Shown: one piece after another, positions 53,042-64,000 of the stretch
Position numbering within the stretch: position 1 is the stretch's first letter
How the letters are laid out: each line of letters begins with the position of its first letter
Source: Azolla caroliniana
Lineage: Eukaryota; Plantae; Polypodiophyta
Reading direction: 5' to 3'
NCBI GenBank assembly: GCA_043228905.1
Contig: JBHGNT010000001.1
Coordinates: 3,720,001-3,784,000, forward strand
DNA: 64,000 nucleotides
Made by a program: the position numbers and the translations under genes
The notes under the pieces: generated by a model
The model's database searches: none
Told to the model about the DNA's origin: nothing
The model's input: the letters and a program-made list of their open reading frames with translations, nothing else

Positions 53042-53125
53042 CCGACCTTAGCTCAGTTGGTAGAGCAGAGGATTGTATTGTTGATTGTCATCCTTAGGTC
53101 ATTGGTTCAAATTCAACATGTCGGA
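53042..53125 (+). pseudogene. tRNA-Tyr(GTA) gene with 11-nt intron, probably a pseudogene
   Basis: CCGACCTTAGCTCAGTTGGTAGAGC.GAGGA.TGTA.[intron 53079-53089]ATCCTTAGGTC..TGGTTC.AAT.C....TGTCGGA matches plant nuclear tRNA-Tyr. Substitutions disrupt the anticodon loop, T-stem and acceptor stem. Confidence 0.88.
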
Positions 53126-55485
53126 ACTCGATGTTGGTTGCGATTTCAACTATGTTTTCCTTGCATAAAATCTCTCTCTCTCTCTCTCTCTCATGCATGA
53201 TGCACACAACATATTATGCAATCATGTAGAATTAAGTAGAATTAAGTGTCGAGTCGTCAAGAAATACCTTTTGACACTTGATGACTATGGTTTTTCTGTA
53301 CATGGAGGAAATATGTGGCAATAGCATCCCTAAGTCCACTTAGAAAACAATTTGAAATATGTCCAAAAGCATTTTCTTACAAAGTTTCCCCAAGTCAAGA
53401 AATAAACACCATACACCCTCCTACTTGAGATGGGATAGCGTCCCATTAAGATCATGTCCATGGAAAAGGTTGTTGAATACATCCTTAAGGTTCAAAAAGT
53501 CCCCACCTTGACGTCGTAGAATCACATGGGAAGCAAGCAAAAAGATCCAAAAGACACATAAAAACAATTTTTTGTGTTCCGGTTAGATGCAATTGCGCAA
53601 TGGGATAAAACGTGCTTGCTTCATGTTGCATCAATAGATTCCTCTTGTAACGAATTCCCAAAGTATCATGATATAAGAAAAAATGGAAGCTCAAGATTCA
53701 CACATTATACTATATAAAAACAATTTTGTCTAACAAGGAAATTGCACACGTTAATACATGTTATAGCCCATCCTATTGCCTACCATTCAAACCATTGATT
53801 CCATGGGACGTAGAACACACTAACTATGATGTGAGATGGGGCATTGGAGCACAAGTGATGAAAGTAATCAACTATGTACACTTTGCCCTAAACAAGTTTA
53901 AGAGTCTAAGTATCATACGTTGATACAATGCTCTGTCTTTTATCACATTCAACTGTGCCACACATCATTGACCAGACCTATTATTGCCTAAATTTCTATC
54001 AAATTTACAGTGTGTGCTCTTGATTGTGATACTCATTGGTAAAGTTCTTCAACATTAAGAGTCGCACTACTCACTTTCACATGCATTACATGAGAATGTC
54101 ATATTTTTTGTCTCCTAGGCTATATTTGACCTTTGAAAATGATAACAAAATATCTCTCTTTGAACCACTCAAATTAGGGAGAGTGACTTTGATATTTGGT
54201 AATTTCCTCTCTTTCTCAACATAAATGTATTGCAAATATTAAATGAAATTTATAACTTTTACCTAACGATTCAAGAAAGTTGAGCTATTATGCCCTATAT
54301 TTGAGGATTGGTGGATTGCACCGAGCATTGATCCATGAAAATTTCCTTATTCATTTGTGCTTGAAATCTAGATATTTCTAACTCTTACGTGAAGCTATAG
54401 AACTTTAGAGATTCACTTGTGGACGAACTAGGAGGAATTCAAAGATATGTCCTTACCTTGTTGTTCTTGATATCCCATTGACATTTAGAGGGATCTTTTA
54501 AGAACTCATCCCATGAGATCGTGGCGTTGTAACTTGTCGTGATGTGACGTGCTCGAGTGTGGGAAAAACCGGCGAAAGGGGGTCAAAAAAATGTGCATGT
54601 GCAATGTGCGTGCACATGCAAAAGAAAAAGGAAAGAAAGGGTGGAACAGAGGTATAGAAACTCGTGTAAAAACACACACATGCGGATTTCTGCGATAGCG
54701 TTCTTGGAGACCAGACAATCCACCATAACCATAGATAGTGTCTTGAAGAAGAGAGAAGAATTTGGCAATTTTCCAAAATACACCTCTCATTATACATATA
54801 TACTAAAGATGATGAGAATGAATTAATATTTTCCAAAATCACCCCAAAATACCACTCTTCGTGTTTCCGTAGATGACATTGAACTCGTGTTTGTATTCTA
54901 GGAGCCACAATAAGGCTATGGGATCAAAAAGAGAATCACCCAAAATCTTTTCTTATCACATATGTGATTCATTCAAACGGGAAGATGTGTTGAAATCAAG
55001 CATAATGATGTGTGGATATGGAAAAGAGAGCATGAGAGATGGATTGGACGACAAGAATGCGGACAAAGGATGAGTTGATGGACAATCAGATGGAAGTAAA
55101 CCATAGGATTAGGAATACGTGAGATGATGGATGAGTGGATGTTGGATAAGCTAATGAATGAGTGAATTTGTGAGAAGCAAGGTGAGAACGTAGGTGCAAC
55201 CCACAAGCCTAAGGCCATTATGGCGACAAAGATGGCAAAACAAATATGAATTAGATCATTTTGAAGCTTGAGACCACAATCCTAAGACATTGTAAGTGAG
55301 ACATGAATTTGGATTTATTCTCATAGACTTTTCTTAATCATATGTTACTCCTTTTTAGTGTTAGAGCAAAATCACAAAGATTTTGTTCAAATTTCTTTCA
55401 TGGTTAATCACATGAATTTGGATTTAACTAACCGTTAATGTGAGCTTGTTATGTGCTTATGTGTATTGCACCATCAATAACCTAT

Positions 55486-55630
55486 GTGGTTCTATCTTGA
55501 TCTTCAAGTACCCACAAATTACCACCATGTTGCTCTATTTGTCCATTAAGTTTAAGGATGCAACATCGTAAGAGCTTGAACAAGGTTTTGAAAACTTGTG
55601 ACCAACATTTCCAAAAACTCAAGATGAAAG
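55486..55630 (+). repeat. Dispersed repeat copy A (inverted partner at 60496-60640)
   Basis: gtggttctatcttgatcttcaagtacccac...aaactcaagatgaaag aligns by eye with the reverse complement of 60496-60640. Confidence 0.85.
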
Positions 55631-57276
55631 CATGGGATGGTTAAAGAAGGTTAAGAATGTTCATGAAGATGGAAGTTTTGGCTTGAGTGCTTTTACATGT
55701 TTTGTAGTTAATCCCATGGGGTTAACATGAATGTCGTGGTCCCATTTATGATTAACTCGAGGTAAAATCTTCCTTGGCCCAAAAAATTTGGAGATTAAGC
55801 TCCGTAATAATTGTTTTAAGCTCCTTGATTATTTTTCCAAGGTGAGGGAAGAGAACAAAAAAATCAACCCCCTTCTTTTATTCCTTCCATCTCCATGTCC
55901 TTTGTTTTAATAAGTTACCAAAATTTCAACCACAAAGGGTATTTTGGGTATTTTGCAAAAGTTTTAACATGCAATAGTGTGCCCACTTCTATAGTTCTAC
56001 AATATGTCAGAACATTCTTAGTTTTTCATCCTTTGCGCCCTTTTCTTACTCTTCCTAAATTACGTCTATATCCTAATTCTCCCCATGTGCATGCCAAAGC
56101 ACTATGACAACAAGTCAATACTTCAAGAATTTTTAAAAGCCCTCTATCCAAATCAAAGACTAGACTATAATAATGACTTGCCGTTAAACCATTGCTCTTT
56201 TGGACCTAGTGACTTTTTCTTCCATTTTAAGCATATACAAATGTCAAAGGTACATCTCATGGTTTGCATTGCAAAGTTGGGCTCTTCTTACTTTTCGATG
56301 CAAAAGCAAACTTTGATGTTATACTTATTTGTCAAACAAGTTATGGGAAGCTTTCTAGAAAGAAAGAAACACTCAATTGAAGTAAATGTCTTCTTTATGA
56401 GCCTGTCATGGTAATTGAAAGTATTTGAGACGGTAAGGATGACTTATAAAACATTGGCTCGAATTCAATGGTCTATTATTGAAACTAGTTCTCAAATCTA
56501 ATTATGTAGATACATATTCTAATTATATGCGTGTTTATATAATTGTGTGTATATTCAATACAAACGTACAGTAAGTAGCTTGACTAGTTCCAATTTCCTG
56601 AATAGCAAAACTAGTCAATAGAGAATCCCCCGTTTGATTTTCCTGAAACAACTGTGGGACACAAGGAAATAAGGCCAAAAAAGTCTTCACTTAACATTGA
56701 ATGAATTTGCAATACGTAAGAATCTTTTGTCATACTTGCACGTATATCTATAGTATGTATATAATATACATATATTTAACATGGTTCGATCTGGTTCCAT
56801 ATAATTATGGTAAGTACGTATGTACAGAGTTACTAGTAACATATGTATGGAGATTTGTTTCCCTAAAGCGCGCTCTGTGTTTTCCATAGACAATTTCAGA
56901 CTTTCAAGCAAACTTTTTTTCACGTTGATTTGACAATTGTTTGTGTTTTACATATCACAAAATGTAAGAGCCTTGAAACTGCTTTTATACACTTGCAGCA
57001 ACTTTGCTGTTTCACTCTTGTTTTTAAGGGAGGGGAGTGAATTACAATCATGTAAATACTATAAAATGTTGTTTGCCGAGTTCTAATCAAAGGTTGATGG
57101 GCCAAGTTTCAAATCCCAAATCCTATCAGAATGGTGGATACATGGTGTGATGAATGGAATGGACCATATGCTATAATATTATTATGGATGTTGTTAATAG
57201 ATGTAAAAAGAATGGTGGTGAAAGAAGCAAATAGCTCAATGCAGAAAGAATGGTAGTAGAAAAAACCAAAATAAAC

Positions 57277-59572
57277 CTAGGATGACACCGCAATGAAGCT
57301 TTGCAAAGGCACGATCAGGATCGTGATATCATCAAGGTTGCCTCGAGTGCATGACTTGTGAATGAGCTTCTCGCAAATGTCCACTTTCAAAGAAGATGAA
57401 GACGAAGAAGAAGAAGAAGAAGAAGAAACAGAGGGTTTTCCTTTACTATGCATTGTATAGTCACTGTCTCTTGAACGGCTTGAATCCCAAAGTTTCTGGG
57501 CCTTGCATGGCCCTGGTGTCTGTGGCTCCCCCCCATACTCCAACAACATTTCTCTAGCACAATCCACTGCTTCTTGATCACTCACCTACACATCAAATGA
57601 GCCACTCAAAACGAATTAACAATTTAACCCAATAACATTGCAAAGTGTATCATTTTCATATACGTTCTTCTTGTAGCTAAAAAAGAAATTAGTTAGTACC
57701 TTGTCCCACAGTCCATCCGTCGCGAGGATTAAGAATTCACACTCTTCTGATACCATCAATTGTCTGACTTCTGGCTCGGCTGAAACCCATCCTTTCAAAT
57801 TTGCATCTCCAAATCCCCGTGTCACGGCCAATGTGCTTTGTAACCTCCACACTCCATTGAAGCAATCTACATAGCCACCCTGGACAATGTTGAGAGTTTT
57901 GTCAATATGTTGTGATTTCTTTCAATGATATTGGCACACACTGAACAAATTGTCCATACCGAAATGGAATATATATATTTATGATGATGGAATAGACTAT
58001 GTTCGGGTTTTCAACTTGGGACATAGGATTAAATATTTGAGAGCGGTTATTTCCCACTTGGATGAATATATGGAATCTACAACAACAGAAAAACTGATGA
58101 CCTAATTGAATGCTCCACAATGTCTAAAAATTTCCTATCGAGAAATTGGAGAATGTAGGGTTAGGGTACATGGTGTAGGGCATAGGAATTAGGGTTGATT
58201 CTTTACTATCAATCTTTTGATGTTGATATCATGGGATTGATTGTGATATATAGTTCAAGAAGAAGGAATGGGGACTCTCACCAGGTCCTCGATACGTTGT
58301 CTTTCCTCATCATTGCTTGCTCGATGCAATGTGTTAAGGGCCTCAGCTTTGCCACCTCTAGACAAAACCGCCTTACAATCACCAGCATTTGCCACAACCA
58401 GATGACCATCCTTCAATAAGACGGACAAAGAACAAGCCCCACTACTAGTATTCTGTGGAAGAATCATAAACCACCAAGAGTACATTAGTAACTAGCCTTC
58501 ATCTAGTTTAATTCTTTCATGTTGCTTCATACAAGGAAACAGATGTGGGTAATTCATTGTAACAACTGTTAAAACATTATACCTTAGCCAGGAACTCTGA
58601 GTCCAAAGCCATATAACCATCCCTCATCACGTCGTTTAAACTTTCCAATTCTGCATTTTGCTTCTCCATTGCAGCTAAAATGTGTCTCCCAAGGTTTTGG
58701 GCAGCGAATGTGGCCGCATGACGACCCCCATGCCCATCAAAAACCCCGAAGAATGCCTATTTCCAACCAAAATAAAGCCTTGAATTGATTTGCACCGAAA
58801 TCTAGAGCACAACAACTATTTAACAAGCATCTAAAAAACTAACTGTACAAGTAATGTAATGGACATTCAGTGGTATGCACAACCAGAATTTAGAGATGAA
58901 AAAATGCAATCCACAACAAACAAAAGCCAAAACATCCAAACAATTACCTACCTGTCCTGGCTTTCCTTGGAAATCAATAAGGGCTACATGAGTATCTTCC
59001 ATATACTCTTTTCTTCCTTTCTTTGCGCACACTCCATATTTTTCATTCTCGTGGCTGTGAGCCTCGGGACTAAAATCTTCTTGCCGATGTAGCCCGAAAT
59101 GTTTCACTTTTCCGAAAGAAGCTAATCTTCCCAATTCGGGTATGGCCAATTTAGCTGGCCTTTTCCTTTTAAGGATAGAAGAGGATAACCTGACATCTAT
59201 TCCTTGTTGTTGTTCTTCTTCTCGTTCTTCTTTACGATTCTCTCTGTTCTCTTTGGAAGGATCGTTTCGAGAAGGCTCGAAGAAAGTATTACTAACCCAA
59301 GTTTTCCTTATTAATGGGCTTTGTGCATAGTTTTGAATACAAGAAGAAGGAGAAGAGGAAGGGGAAGACTTGGCTTGTTTTTTCGTAGCATCTGCGGGCA
59401 GCAAGTCAGATAAAGCAGACCTAGCGAAGGTCGAGAGAGAGGGAGCACCTGTTGGGGAGGAGAAAGAGCTGGCTATGACTTTGCTCAGCATTTTATGGAG
59501 AGACGAAGCAGCAGAGGAAGAGGAAGAGGAAGAGGAAGGGGAGGGTTGAAGAGGGGAGGCACAAGAAGCCAT
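57277..59572 (-). CDS. Protein phosphatase 2C, clade B (AP2C-like MAPK phosphatase), ~484 aa
   Basis: Exons 59572-58952, 58756-58583, 58452-58282, 57879-57700, 57585-57277. It has the KIM docking motif LKRKRPAKLAIP and intact catalytic motifs MED, FDGHGG, NAGDC, LAVTRGFGD, TDGLWD and DDIT. Confidence 0.95.
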
Positions 59573-59888
59573 GTTTTGTCGTTAATTTTTGTGAGGGGAT
59601 ATATATGTATAAGTTAGATTGAAGAGAGAGATTTACGTTGTAAGGAGAGTCGGCAGAGAAGGGTCTTAAGGATTTGCATGAAGAAGAAGAAGAAGAAGAA
59701 GAAGAAGAAGAACAGAGAACAGAAACAGCAGCAGGACGGAAGATTTCTTGACGTTGTGAGAAGACACAGAGATTTTATATAATTCATAATATTTATTTAT
59801 AATTAATAATATTAATTATTTATTTAGGAAATTTTTGTTTTCCCGGACTTCCGGCCGCCGACTATGCTCCCGGGATCCACTGTTCAAC

Positions 59889-59930
59889 GGTCAACATCCA
59901 GCTTGCAACCACTCTCCTTGCGCCACGTGG
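59889..59930. promoter_or_regulatory. W-box (GGTCAA, 59889-59894) and palindromic G-box (CCACGTGG, 59923-59930) upstream of the PP2C
   Basis: The motifs lie in a GC-rich patch just upstream of an AT-rich TATA region (~59775-59825) and a (CTT)n 5' UTR. Confidence 0.5.
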
Positions 59931-60189
59931 ATCTTCCTTTTTACGCACGCCCCAACCGTCTCTCCTCACAGCTTTTTCGTTCTCCCTTTCTTCTTCTTTA
60001 CAACGGCTACCAAATCTTATCTAAAGAAGGCTGAATCTTCTCCCCCATAATATATATGTAATAATGTATGTATACATATAAATTTATAATGATATACTAC
60101 TATATATGTACCGAGTCTCTTGCAGACATTTTCTCATACCTCAACAAATACACTTCCTCGCACCACCTCAAACATTTAGGAAGTTTGAA

Positions 60190-60495
60190 ACATTAGGAGG
60201 AGCTTCTCTCGCCCCTCCCCCCACTCCTCGCCAATTCAAGTAGGAGGGCATCTCACGTTGTGAGATGTGTCTCAAGTAGGAGGGCATCTCACGTTGTGAG
60301 ATGTGTCTCGAGCGATGGACGAAGTTGGATGGGTGGGATTGTGTTACTCGTAATCATGCACATTAGGAAGAGCTTCTTAGCCAGACCCCCCACTCCTTGC
60401 CACTTAAAGTAGGTGGTGTGCAGCTAATGTTGTGACTTGTGATCATGAGATGCTTCTCCAACATCATGCAAAGTCGGATGGGTTGGATTATGATA
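60190..60495. repeat. Nested duplication: exact 2 x 35 bp (60236-60309) inside a diverged ~150-bp tandem pair
   Basis: tcaagtaggagggcatctcacgttgtgagatgtgtc occurs twice; cattagga.gagcttct...cccccactcct.gcca occurs at 60191 and 60361. Confidence 0.85.
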
Positions 60496-60640
60496 CTTTC
60501 ATCTTGAGTTTCTAGAAATGTTGGTCTCATGTTTTCAAAACCATGTGCAAGCTCTTACCAATGTTTCGCCCTTAAAACTTATGGCCAATAGGACAACATC
60601 ATTGTAATTCGTGGGTACTTGGAGATCAAGATAGAACCAC
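60496..60640 (-). repeat. Dispersed repeat copy B (inverted partner of 55486-55630)
   Basis: See copy A. Confidence 0.85.
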
Positions 60641-63600
60641 GTGTGCATTGGGTTGCCGAATTTCTTTGAAAATTAGTTTCTTCAAGTGGGATAGATATAT
60701 GTTGTAATGTCCACCATAGAGGCTGATAGTAATCTATGAGACATGACCTTAACCCATGGTGAGGATTGAACTTAGGTTCTCTCAAATTTACGACTTTGAT
60801 ACCACGAGGTAATCATTGAGGCAGCAACCATACAGAGGATATTGGAGAAGACAAGTTATGAGTTTTGCATAAGATGAGGTAGTGAGTTGCATTCTCTAAC
60901 TTGGAAACGTTTATGATGTTAAACATTGTTGAGATGAGAGAGAAAGTCAGTTCCATCCGACGCCTACGTAAGCCAATGACAATGAACGTTATGAAGTGGT
61001 ATTTGAATACTATACACATATATGGTTTTGCCTATGGGGAGGTATTTACATGTCTTGTCCACATAAGCTCATCAAGATAAAATTTGTATACAATTTATTG
61101 AGCTCCAACCTACACAAGCGAGAACAATGTAATGGTATATTGCAACACCCATATCGACATAAGTTCATCAAGTCGAGGAATGTATGAATCTTGGAGTCCA
61201 TTACCCCTAACTATTTATGCTTTTTGTCACATGCATAATATTATATAATATCGAGCAATGTGTGGGTAGTTGAGCAACCTTGAGCTCCACTGTATTGATC
61301 CTACCTATGTATGTTTTGTACTAACTACGTGTAAGCCAATACTATGGAACAATGCCCATACCCATGTACCTCATCACTATTTCACATGGAACTCGTGTTT
61401 ATTTGTTTATTAAAGATTCACCTTGGTATTAATGGAGAGATGGCCAAAGGCTACAAAGAAACTGATTTAACACGGGTAAGTTTGTATAAGCTCACCTTTA
61501 GAGGTTGTCATGCTAACACTGTAGCAACCCACATGAGATCCCCTTCCCACATTCAAACTTATACATGGACCATCATCCCCCCCTCCCTCTCTCAAATTTC
61601 ATTCCATTGTATTTCAAGGGTTGTATTCACCTTGGATGGTTTGCTTGCTAATGGAGGAGGTAGGATTAATTACCTCACAAATTGACCAAGTTTGAAAGCT
61701 TAAATATAGAGTTTAATACCTTACATTTCATGAGTATATGGTGATGAGACAAGGATTGGTTCACAAGGACACAAACTTTGCACCAAATTTGTTGTTTGCA
61801 ATGGTCATGGGTTACTACCTCATCGTGTGTTAGTTTCCAGATATGATTGTCTTTTGTGCATTGATTCCGATGTTTCAGATGTTGATATTATGTTCACCTG
61901 TTGAAATAATTGTCCAACATCTATCTTTCAAACATTTCAATTGTTCCTAGGTTTTCACACCACATCCATCTCCCTTTTATCATATATAATGAATTGAATA
62001 TTATTTTGCATAAATTCAACATAAGAATTATTGGTCAAACCCCACTATGTGTGTGTTTGTATTTATATTTATATGTACATATATAGGCATGTATGTATAA
62101 GCATATGTACAAATATATATGCACATTACGTGTAATATATCAATGGTCTCTCTATATATAAAAGTCCAATGTGGAAAACATCTATTAGCAACATTTGTTG
62201 ACTTGATATATTCATTAAAATTGAATCATTTGATCCAAGTTCATGTAACTCGCTTCATATCATTGCTCAATTAGACCAACTTTATAGCAATGAAAACTCT
62301 CCTCCTATTCGTCTAATCTTATGTCAATCTTTAATGCACCATGCAACTGTATGTATCATATACTATATTTTTAATACACATTGTATATAAGTTTTGATCT
62401 ACTTCATAACAAACCATGTGAGTTTAAGGATGGCATGGATGCATTATACAATTACAGGAGTCTAGCAACACACATGTGATTGTAAAGAATGGTCCATTAT
62501 AATTCTACATGTGGTTCCCTTGTACCCTGTGAGTAGATTTGAGAGTAAACTTAAAGAGTAATTGCTTTTCAATTCGAGCTTGTGCACACTAGCACATTTC
62601 TTTTAGACTATGTATAACTTTGTAAATTTGTTTTTTTTTTCAACAAATACATTCTTTAAATAAAAAGCTCTCCATATGTTCAACCAACCGTTAGATTGTG
62701 AAAGTGAAATTGTAAGGTATATATGAGATTTCCAAATTTTCTTGCTATTTAGTAAGTTAAAACTTGCAAATTGTTATATGAGATAATATTACCAAGGGCT
62801 CATTCATCCATTGGCTATGCTTGCAACACTAACATGTGGACAACTTACAATGTTGCTTTTCATCCTTGGTGGAAAGAGATAACTAGCCATGACTAAAGAA
62901 ATCATCATTGAAAAATTTTGCATGTTTAAAATACATCATGTTGTGCATGACCTCTTATTTGCAAATATTTTGATGATTTATCAATTGATCCATAAAGAAG
63001 AGAGATGGTTTCCTCCACCAAGATGGTTTTTTTGGCCCCCTATATTGGAAGGACCCTGATTTTAGATGAGTAAATGCAATTGCTAAGGTAGATATGTGAG
63101 GGCGTTTGCTATTCAATGTGTTGGTTGATGAGGGTATGTTTTCCTATACGAGTTCTTTGTAGCCTTTGGGCATCTTTCCATTAATAGTAAATATCAAGGT
63201 GAATCTTTTATTGAAAAAAAAGAAAGAAAGAGAGATAGTTAGTAGTGAATCATCATGAAGCAAGAAAATTACACAATTCTAGAAATAAATTTAAGGGAAA
63301 ATATCATAGACAATCCATTGCATGTGGGACAAGAGCATTTATGCCACTAATATTTTTCACAATATCAAAATTACCCAAGTGAGATAGTAGGGAGTCTATT
63401 ATGATCATCCTTTGCTTAAATTTGCACAAATAAAGGGTGGGTCAATGCTAGAATGAAGCATGCTAGCGAGGTTATATGATAATTAAAAGTTGGATCTAAT
63501 GATACAACATGATAATCTCATTAAGTTGTATCAATAACCACTTTGTAAAAAGATAACTATGTTGCACCATAATGAATTAATTAGATCTAAACATGTTAAT

Positions 63601-64000
63601 TATATGATGATAATCCAATCAAGTTTCCATATCTAAAAAAAACTCAGCCTATGGCATGCACATTTCATGTTTACTTTCTCCCTTATGAATAAGGAGGTTT
63701 TATTCCATGGCCTTATGGGGGATAGTCTTCATAGTAAAAAGCATTCTAGGGGTATAATTGATGTTACAAGGGAGAACTATTTTTTGAAGATTCAATGGAA
63801 AGATGCCCAAAGGCTACAAAGAACTCATACATGAAAACACAACCACCATACCCACATCAACCAACACGTCAAATAGCAAAAGCCCTCACGCAACTAACTT
63901 GGAAACTACATTTACATGTACAAATTTGGGATCCTTTCATAATGGATGGCCGAAAAAGCCACCTTGGTGGAGCATATCTCCACTTTGTTCTCTCCCCCAA

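Noticed and set aside
61430-63830. Shared ~35-bp segment (atggaragatg.ccaaaggctacaaagaa) at ~61434 and ~63795, faintly like the copia RT AKGY motif
   Set aside because: Too short and degenerate to classify.

Overview
AT-rich, intron-containing land-plant nuclear DNA. A fern or other flagellated-sperm lineage is inferred from the SFI1-like gene and the repeat style; the species cannot be determined from sequence alone. Hand-splicing gives ten protein-coding genes: a JAZ (TIFY+Jas) repressor (+), an uncharacterised protein ending in the peroxisomal signal SRL (+), TMA7 (-), an intronless MAGL/CSE-family alpha/beta hydrolase (-), a small Ser-rich CxCxPTTHxGSFRCRLHR protein (+), an AVT1-type amino-acid transporter (+) using GT-AG, GC-AG and U12 AT-AC introns, a plastid TraB/GumN-like protein (+), a ~747-aa protein with Sfi1-type centrin-binding repeats (+), an RGGA/SERBP1-family RNA-binding protein (-) and a clade-B (AP2C-like) PP2C (-). 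Also present are two decayed LINE 3' ends, a CpG-eroded intron-containing tRNA-Tyr pseudogene, a MITE-like element, an inverted repeat pair flanking the PP2C, and many short tandem duplications and microsatellites. The most notable items are the SFI1-like gene, which is invisible in the ORF track, and the PTS1 orphan. The JAZ lacking the canonical PY tail and the LINE fragment just upstream of the tRNA gene also stand out. All gene models are manual predictions without expression data.
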